From NCBI RefSeq assembly GCF_006345805.1, contig NW_021837039.1, positions 25,837 through 89,836 on the forward strand: a DNA stretch of 64,000 nucleotides. Direction: 5' to 3'. This DNA is from Octopus sinensis (lineage: Eukaryota). Shown here piece after piece: positions 54,570 through 64,000 of this stretch. Both the position numbers and the translations under genes were made by a program. Numbering within the stretch: the first letter of the stretch is position 1; each line of letters opens with the position of its first letter. The notes under the pieces were generated by a model. That model searched no databases. It was not told the DNA's origin and worked only from the letters and a program-made list of their open reading frames with translations.

Positions 54570-54717
54570 ATTATTTGTTTCAGTCATTAGACTGCAGCCA
54601 TGCTGGAGCACCGTCTTCACAAAATTATACTCGAATAAATCAATATCAGTAATTATTCTCAATTATTCTATCTTTTTTTTTCTTTTTGCTGGGGACTTAA
54701 ACAGACCAACACACACA

Positions 54718-54755
<38 letters not shown>

Positions 54756-54952
54756 ATCACCACCATCACCACCACACATACACACGCATGATGGGTTTCT
54801 TTCAGATTCCCTCTACCAAATCCACTCACAAGGCTTTGGTCGGCCCGAGGCTATAGTAGAAGACACTTGCCCAAGGTTCCACGCTGTGAAACTGGACCCG
54901 GAACGATGTGCTTGGTATGTAAGCTTATTACTACACATTCGCGCCTGCGCCT
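54570..54952 (-). mobile_element. tRNA-headed SINE, family 3
   Basis: Reverse complement of the head (CTACCAAATCCACTCACAAGGCTTTGGTCGGCCCGAGGCTATAGTAGAAGACACTTGCCCAAGG) and tail (GTTTCAGTCATTAGACTGCAGCCATGCTGG). Confidence 0.8.
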
Positions 54953-55407
54953 TTGCTTCATCTCAGTCTGCGTTCTTTAAAGTACGATGTTTACGTGTAT
55001 GTGGAGACTTCCTCACAATTGATGTATAAATACATATAAAGAAACACACACACACACAAACTCTATCTTTCTCACACACACATACACACACACATCGGAT
55101 AAGAGTTAGACACTTATACGCACGAATAGCTTTGTGTGTGTATACATGCATTCACATAATTCCTCTATTTACCTATTACACGCACACACACACACACGTG
55201 TGTCTGAGCGTGTGTTATTCGTGTATGTGTATGGAGAAGTAGCGATTACACCATTGGAAATTCCAGTTACTATTTTGGTGATTTCAAATACATTTTTCCT
55301 TCCATGCTTTTCCTATGCTTTACCATTAGTACACAGCTTTGGTTAATACAAAATATATACATATACATACATACACACACACACACCACCACACACACAC
55401 ACACACA

Positions 55408-55450
<43 letters not shown>

Positions 55451-55452
<2 letters not shown>

Positions 55453-55631
55453 TTAATCCAAACATGAAAAACACAACACGCGAGGACATGGAACAAGTAT
55501 AGTATTATTGGACTCTCAGGAAAGAAGGAAAGAAGGAGAATTTAACGTTTCGAGCGGAGCTCTTCGTCAGAAACATAGGAAAAGGAAAGATCCAAAAGAA
55601 GGGAAGACGAGGGAAAAAAATCGCCAACGGT
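55451..55631 (-). mobile_element. ~180-bp dispersed repeat carrying a minimal hammerhead motif (copy 2)
   Basis: Homologous to 51311-51503. The minus strand has GTTT-CTGACGA-A-GAGC-TCC-GCTC-GAAAC-GTT^AAAT at 55540-55574. Confidence 0.75.
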
Positions 55632-55648
55632 GACATTTTGGATTATAC

Positions 55649-55700
<52 letters not shown>

Positions 55701-55959
55701 AATGTCAGGAAGTTTCCCCTAATAATTTTGCCTGTCCCTTCATACCTAAGCGTAGATTAGGATTTGCGTTTTCGTTTTGTTATGACAAAGTTCGTTGCAT
55801 TACTGTAGTGCCAATAATATACCATGTGGAATATTTCCCATCTCTGTAGAGACATCATTAAAATGCTAGCATTATAAATGCTGAATGTTTATACCGTTTT
55901 GTGTTTTAGCTAAGCTGTGTATCCGTATAAATTAAATACTGGAATGATCGTTAGCTGTT

Positions 55960-56265
55960 TATGCTATTTGCATAACGGTGGCTTTTATCTATTTTTCAAT
56001 AATGTGTAGGTTTTCTTTCGTGCTTTGTCAGTATATACGTGCATTTTACTGGAAGACAACTTTTCAACGATTTCAAAATATATTTCGTGCAGAGACGGGG
56101 TTCACACATTTCCATTTTATGTGATGTTGAATCGTGTACCGAGTTGTTAGTGTCTATGTGTCGAATTTTCACTGTTTGACCGGTGTTCCGTGCGTGACTA
56201 TATAGTATTATTTTGTATGATATTATATCCTGGACTAGAGTATCCAGTACATTATTCTCCATTTT
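55960..56265 (-). pseudogene. Possible decayed GIY-YIG endonuclease fragment (Penelope-like)
   Basis: IISYKIILYSHARNTGQTVKIRH resembles the VY.I.C..YIGQT..LR pattern, and it lies upstream of the hammerhead repeat on the same strand. Weak. Confidence 0.35.
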
Positions 56266-56980
56266 AAAGAGGTTAGGATGGAACTTTAAGGAGATTTGTG
56301 TTTGCGAGATTAATTATTGAATTATGAGAATGCAGTAAATACAGAAACACGACAATTATTTATTAATTTTTCACGAATAGAATCTCAGATTAATGTTAAT
56401 TCTATTGCAGTAACAATTGTATTCTATGGAGAAATCAAGATATGTCGATCGAGCCGCCAGCATAGGTTATTCTATATAATTGCTTTACCTGCTAAAAGTA
56501 ACTGCCAAATCTCCCTCTGCATCATGTTGTATTTATAGACAGTGAATAAAATGTAGATGATTACAGGTGGAATAACTTTCATTTTATTTCCGCTTGAAAA
56601 GGGATTTGAAAAATGATAAGCAGCAATACATGTCGATCTTTGGAAAACAGTTATTTTGGAACCTTCATAATGTTCCTATTAAATGGGATTTCTGTCATGG
56701 ACTAGTTGGGTTGTAGGGGTGAGAGGAGAACAAAATAGAACTTAAAAAAAAAAGAAGAGAAAGAAGAGGAGGTGAAAGATGAAGAGGTGGAATAGAAGGA
56801 AATGCTTTATAACTTTGTGGGAAACTTATATTTACTTGTGAGATAAACTCGGTGTATATTCATCTTCCACGTTTCTGTGCGTAGAAAAATACGAAGTAGA
56901 ATGTGTAAACGGAAAGTGAAAGTAATTTCCAAAGACTTGCAGGTCTAGGAAGGAATAATTAAACAAAATGTTATTTCTGT

Positions 56981-57067
<87 letters not shown>

Positions 57068-57669
57068 TGTGTCTGTGATATTTAGGAATTAGGATTTTCT
57101 GGGGATGAAGAAAACCTTTCTGAGAAATATTTAAATGATATATCGAGTGAGTCATACAATAAAAGTATACAAATTTATTATATTATGGTAACAGCTTCAA
57201 CAGGTTGAAGAATATGAAACTGGAATAACATTAGACCAAAACATGTCTGAATTTTTCACCCATGCAACCTATTATTAAAAAAAATTGTTCTTTTACTGAT
57301 TCAGGTAGATTAGGCGCATTCAGTCACCTTGACTCAAACTTTTGCCCTCATTTTCATGTGTGTGTGTGTTCGTCTAGTTATGAATGCGTTTATCTTTTCT
57401 TCTCCTTCTTTCTCCGAATGCACAACAAAGCACACAGTTATTGAGATATAAAAATACGGATTGAGAGAATGAGAGAACAAATACATAGACAACTACATTA
57501 ATGGATAAACAAATACATACGGAAAACTAAAAGAAGGCAAGAAAAAGTTAAAGACAAATTGAGACAGAAAAGGACGACTTCGCTTGTAGATGCACACGAA
57601 TTTTTAGTAGCAAGGGCACCACTGAAATAAATCATATAAATATGTATGTGCATATTATATAAGTGCGCA

Positions 57670-57732
<63 letters not shown>

Positions 57733-57733
57733 A

Positions 57734-57825
<92 letters not shown>

Positions 57826-57830
57826 CTCTC
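57670..57830 (+). repeat. (TATC)n tract with no Tx1 insertion
   Basis: Direct reading; the flanks are not Tx1. Confidence 0.95.
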
Positions 57831-57838
57831 TCTCTCTC

Positions 57839-57882
<44 letters not shown>

Positions 57883-57946
57883 ATATATATACATACATAC
57901 ATACATACATACAACACACACGTACATATATATATTTATGCATCAA

Positions 57947-57987
<41 letters not shown>

Positions 57988-58679
57988 TTATCTATGGAGA
58001 GACATCAGTATATCTGTGTGCGTATGTATATTAGATACAGAGAGAGAAGAGAGAGAGAGAGAGAGAGATAGAGGAGGAGCGAGAGACATAGAGAGGGGGC
58101 ATGAGGAAGGAGAGAAAGAGGTGTAGCAATGTAGGAAAATCAATAAATATATACTTGCGAATACGACTATTTTTTGTTTGCACAGTTACTGTCATTTGGT
58201 GGTATATAATATCTATTATAGAACTACAGGTATATATACCCCCTGTAATACTTTTGATGATTATATATATATATATATATATATATATAGGTATATATAT
58301 ATATATGTATTTGATATATTGCTTTTACAGAATTTTTATAGGGATATGATTGTGCTGCATATTCAGTCTGTATAAATACAAGTATATATGGTCTGTATAT
58401 GTCATTGGATTATATAGATCTTGCCATATATAAGTGCTCCCTACAAAATTGCAACATATATATATGGCAGTATACGTTTGTTAGAGATATTCACTGCTAT
58501 ACACGTGCTGGTATATATAATAGCTGGCAAGGGGTGACCGTTTTGTAGCCAATATATATATATTATATTATATATATATATATATATTATATATATATAT
58601 GTTGTGTGGTGTGTGTGTGTGTGTGGTGTGTGTGGTGTGTGTGTGTTGTGTCTGTATGTGTGTGTATGTGTATGCACAT

Positions 58680-59500
58680 TGTTTTTGATTTTGTCGACAA
58701 TACCGCATAATAGGGCACCGTCTATGAGAAAAACAACACGATGACGCAATTCACTCCGCCAGAAATTTGGAAACGACATGCTGTACTGCTTGATATTTGC
58801 ACCGGAAGCTCCAATACGAATATTTCAGAATGTTTTGTTGTCAATCTAAGGACATATACCGAGAGTGATAGAGATCAAACATCCAGTCAACATCATGGTG
58901 TTCGGAGTGATCACTAGTAATTTTGACGTTATGCCTCAATTCATCTTCCCACTATTGATGGTGACGTTATGCCTCCATCCATCTTCTCAACACGGAGGCT
59001 TACATCAAGAGCCTGCAGCAGGTAGTGCTGCCCTGCGTCAAAAGGGTGGCTGCTCGAAGACCCTATGTGTGGTAACAGGAATCTGCAACATGCCATACAA
59101 GCAGGAGAAACCAGGCATGGCTGTCAGACAATTCCTGCGACCATATCACCCCTAACATCTGGCCACCTAACTCCCCACACTGCAGCCTCCTTGATTATTG
59201 TGTGTGGAGAGTAGTTGAGCGAGAGACCAACAAATCTCCTTGTAACACCAAAGATGAACTGAAGGCAAGGATTATGGCAGCATTCACCAACTTAAACAAG
59301 AAGATCTTTTAGAAGAATTGCAAGAGGTTCCAAAGTCGGCTGAGGGCCGGGTTAAAACCGATGGCGATCTTATTGAATAATTTACTCTTTAGTATTTCAA
59401 GATATCTTATGAAATTTTGGTAAATATATCTGTTAAAATGAGAAAGTCATTGTTACTTTCATTTCTGCGTAATTTAGACGAAAATTTATTCACTGCACTG
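58680..59500 (+). mobile_element. maT/mariner element, internally deleted, same family as 15676-16868
   Basis: GTTTTTGATTTTGTCGAC 5' region; IKHPVNIMVFGVITS; CCACCTAACTCCCCACACTGC (PPNSP.C). The 3' region matches the reverse complement of 15690-15830 and ends CACTG-TA. Confidence 0.85.
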
Positions 59501-59602
59501 TATATATATCACACACACTATAAGTATGTATATTCACACACACACACACCACACACACACACACACCACACACACACACACACACACACCACACACACAT
59601 AT

Positions 59603-59650
<48 letters not shown>

Positions 59651-60189
59651 CAAATCTGTAACAAGGAATGTCCAGGTGTTAGTGCATTTAAATAAAAGAT
59701 ATCCTTGTTATTTACTTTCTATTTATCTACTTCGACTGCGCAGACTAGACGGAACTGGTTTGGTGCCTCAATCTAAGTACCTAATTCAACTGATTCTTGA
59801 CTATAATCTAATACTCGTAGCTTAGTTTTTCTTTGGGGCTGGCCAGATCGGAGCAATCTCAAAATTAATCAGCCGAAATTGCGAGGATGATCCAGTTCTT
59901 GACTGAAGAATAGAGGCTTCGAATGAACCGTCCGTGTTTTTTGTATCGTCTATTCGAATGTTTTGCGTTCTTGTCCCATTTTCTATATACATATATATAT
60001 ATATATAAATCACAATAAGCGTGAAAAAATTGAATATTAATAACATCAATTTAAAACATCAAGTGGCCTAGCGTAAAAAAACTGAGATACAGTAACAATT
60101 ATTAATACTAGTAATATTATTGGTATATATTACTTGTATATATATATATATATACGGCCTTATAGCCCGCATATGTAAGGCCATGAATC

Positions 60190-61230
60190 AGATAGACTTA
60201 GGAAGGACCTTATAGCTTTCTTCAAAGGATGGGCTTACGGATTACGATAGATGCTACCCTGAAAAGTGTAGATTTTTTAGACGTAAATTTTAATGTAAGA
60301 TCGGATAGATTTAAACCTTTCCGTAAGCCCAATGAAAAGCTATCGTATATTAGCAAAGATTCGAACCATCCACCAGTTATCCTTAGCAACTTAGTCAGCA
60401 ATGTAGGTAGAAGAATATCTTCAATTTCTTCGGACGAGGCAGCATTCCATAATGCTGCACCTTATTACGATAGCGCATTAAAGAATAGTGGATTCTCGGA
60501 GAAGATCCAGTTCAACCAGCTTAATGCTAATATAATGCTGCACACGAAGAACTAGGACCAGGAAAGTTTTTGTGGTTCAACCGGCTTTCAATTTGGCCGT
60601 AAAGACTAATATAGGTACGAATTTTTTGAGATTAGTCTCTAAGCATTTTAAGCAGGGTCATAAATTCTACAGAATATTTAATAGAAGAACCCTGAAGGTT
60701 AGCTATTCTTGTTGCAGAAATTTCGCCTCTTACATTAGCCAACATAATAGGAAGCTAATTGAGATTAGACATGGTGCCGAGCCCATTAAGAAATGTAATT
60801 TCAAAAACGAAAGCTCCTGTCCGTTAGAAGGGAAATGTCTAGTGAAAGAGTAGTTTATAGAGCCAAGGTGCAAGTGGAAGGCTCATCGGAATACAAGACA
60901 TACACAGGCTTCAGAAAATTCATTTAAAACAAGATTTTATTCTCATAAAAATTCTTTTAATACCCAGAGAATAGGAAGAAAACCAGCCTAGCAAAATATG
61001 TCTGGGAACTAAAAGAAAAGGAAGCCCCACCTTTCAACGTGACATGGAGCATTCTGGACAGGGCGGCACCATACAGGCATGGAGCTTACAAATATAATTT
61101 CAAGTGCAACTTTGCCTATTAGAAAAAATGCACATCTTATTCAAAGACAATAATTCTTTGAATCAAAGAAGTGAGTTAATGAACTTATGTGCACGGCACG
61201 CGGCTAAATTTAAAATGTCGAATATAAATA
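60190..61230 (+). mobile_element. 5'-truncated Penelope-like element (RT C-terminus, linker and GIY-YIG endonuclease), disrupted
   Basis: GLRITI..VDFLDVNF..FRKPN..SNHPP; KTNIG..FL.LV.KHF; KVSYSC; KCN..SCPLEGKCL..VYRAKV..KTYTG; LAKYVWELK; VTWSIL; NQRSELM. Confidence 0.88.
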
Positions 61231-62281
61231 TACCATATGGATAGAGTATATATTTGTATTTTTGATTTTGATTTTGATTTTGACTCTTGAGCGCTACGAC
61301 GGATTTTGATTCTGTTTCCAAGCTACGCGGATATTAATCCGTATAGCAAGTCTTATGTTTCTACATATATATTAGGAAAACCTACAAACAACTTTGTTTT
61401 CATGTTATTGTATTGCATAGGATTACCTTGATTATTTATATTACCTTGATTATTATAAATGACCCAAAATAGGATTTATATTTTATTTTATATCTTTCGT
61501 ATATATTTTTATTAATGCACCCATTTTTTAAAAGCAATGTTTTTTTAAAAAAAAGCAATGTTGTCAAATTAGAATGTTTATATAAGTATGTGTATAGCAA
61601 GCATATGTATTTGTAAGCATGCGTATCTGTGTATGTGTAAGTGAAAGTATGCTTGTGCTTAAGCACACATATACACGACGGTATGTATATGTATCATTCA
61701 ACTTGTGTATGTATACTGTCTCTATAGATGCCAATAACATCGTTACAAGTTTTCCCCCCCCCACCCCTCCTTCGTTCCTTTTTCTCTCTCTCCCTTTCTT
61801 TCGGCGTTCCCCCTCCTTGCTCAGTATATGAGAATTACTACATAGATGAATTTTAGCTTGCGTGCGAGACGGTTTTGCGTGAATATATGTACACATGCTT
61901 TTATGTGTATATTTAGATTCATATTCATACGTCTGTATAGTATGTATGGCGTTTACGCGCATCCTTTTGTGTATGTTGATATATATGTAGATTTTAATAT
62001 AAATATGTATTGCAGTATTTATAACAGGTTTAATTTCTATGCATTAATTTGCACTGTTTTCATTAACGGCAATAGGTTTTTTCCTCGGTTTTTTTCCTCG
62101 GATTTTATAATTTTTATAAGTTTTTTTATATATATTCATATATTTTTTGACCTTTTGTGTTTATCGCTCGAAGATTGACCGTTTTTTCTAAGGGCCAATC
62201 AAACAAGTCCATTTCTTTTCTTTTTAAGGTGTAGCGTTTGTAAGAGTATAGATTGAATTAATATATAAGTTCCATTTAAGC

Positions 62282-62328
62282 AAAACTGTCTGATGAACGG
62301 CAACGAGAAACTCAGAGTAACAGATTTT
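62282..62328 (+). ncRNA. Minimal type I hammerhead ribozyme motif
   Basis: AAAACTGT-CTGATGA-ACG-GCAA-CGA-GAAA-CTCAGAGTA^ACAGATTTT. Stem I CTGT/ACAG, GNRA loop II, near-palindromic stem III. Confidence 0.65.
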
Positions 62329-62997
62329 GTTGAATTTTCTGCTGCTTAAATAAAGTATATATATATATGTATTTATATATATAGTGATAGAGAAATAGAT
62401 AGATAGATATAGATTATATATGTATGCATTTACACACAAATAAGTATATATAAATACATACACGCACGTACACAATTATATATCCTGTATTCAGTCTCTG
62501 GCATATGACAGTTGATATATAGTTGATATATATATTGATGATTTTAAAATTACTGGTATATCCACTTGTTAGACTGTAGCTACTGGTGCATATTTTTACT
62601 GGTATACACATATACACACACAAACATACACACCAACACATACACACACAAGCATGCACTCACATACACACAAACAGACAGACACACACACACAAAAATA
62701 CAGTTTATTGTTCCTTTAAAGTAAGGCAAGATAAATATACCACATTCGGTGAGGTAAATTCATAGAGGTACCTTACAAGAACCTTCTTAACCACATAACT
62801 CAACGACAAGTTGTATAAGTAGCTTTTAAATCGCATTATACATTAAGTGTTGTATACATAATATCGTGTGTGTATGTATATATATATATATATATACATA
62901 CATATATATATATATATATTATATATATATATATTATTATTATATATATACATACATACGTACACGCGTATTTATACATATATATATATTCGTTTAT

Positions 62998-63170
62998 TCT
63001 TTTAACTGTTTCAGTCATTGACGACGGCCATGCTGGATTACCGCCTTTCGTCGAACAAATCGACCTCGGACTTGCTCTTTGTAACCCTAGTACGTATTTT
63101 ATCTGTCTTTTACCGAACCGCTACGTTTCGGGGACGTAAACACAGCAACATCGGTTGTCAAGCGATTTTG
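62998..63170 (-). mobile_element. SINE family 3 3' portion
   Basis: GTTTCAGTCATTGACGACGGCCATGCTGG...TTTTACCGAACCGCTA...CATCGGTTGTCAAGCG. Confidence 0.7.
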
Positions 63171-63223
63171 GGGAACAAATGCAAACACATAAATATATAC
63201 ATACACACAGAGGCACATATAGT

Positions 63224-63730
63224 CATACATACATACATACAAACATACATACACACACACATACATACATACATACACATACATACATACATCCATACAT
63301 AATACATACATACATACATACATACACATACACACAGACATACATACATACATACATGCATACATACATACATACTACATACTACATACATACATGCATA
63401 CATACATACATACATACATACATACATACATACATACCATACATGCATACATGCAACATACACACATATCATACATACTACATACATACATACATACATC
63501 ATACATACATACATACATGCATACATACATCATACATACATACATACTGCATACATACATACATCAACATACATACAACATGCATACATACATACATACA
63601 TACATACATACATACATACATACACACAGACATACATACATACATGCTACATACATACATACATACATACATACATACATACATACATACATACATACAT
63701 ACATACATACATGCATGCATGCGTGCATGT
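63224..63730 (+). repeat. Long imperfect (TACA)n microsatellite
   Basis: Direct reading. Confidence 0.97.
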
Positions 63731-64000
63731 ATGATCAATATTCATACTGTACAGGTAGGAAATTTTCTGGAACTGTTACATTTCAAAAGAAAGAAACCAC
63801 TTTCGAAGAATGGAATAATTGGCTTTTCTATCAGAAGGTTCCTTTTCGTATTTTCTCGTATTATCTCATGTGGTAGCCATAAGCGTTCGATTGTCACACG
63901 AAACTTGACGTAGTTCACGTAAAAACCTTCATTCATTAGACGATATACAATTATATAATTGAAACTATGCATTTATATATATGAACACGGCACAACACAA

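Overview
Eukaryotic, repeat-saturated, intergenic-looking DNA with no confident host gene. The SINE families, microsatellite load and AT content suggest a cephalopod (octopus-like) genome; this is my inference. The left half holds two head-to-tail clusters of L1/Tx1-clade LINEs (1-11332 and about 23190-31700; five units, at least three subfamilies). Every unit is bounded by (TATC)n tracts on the same strand and has no poly(A) tail, which points to a (TATC)n-specific retrotransposon. The most abundant tRNA-type SINE here shares its last ~45 nt with the 3' end of these Tx1 LINEs. Also present: a decayed RTE LINE split by a SINE and a MITE, two maT/mariner copies, one Tc1 remnant, two Helitron remnants (one with an OTU-like domain) and Penelope-like remnants. 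The right half carries several hammerhead-ribozyme motifs, one inside a 430-bp retrozyme-like unit with terminal direct repeats. Two unexplained TSD-flanked insertions were also found. All alignments, translations and folds were done by eye; no searches were run.
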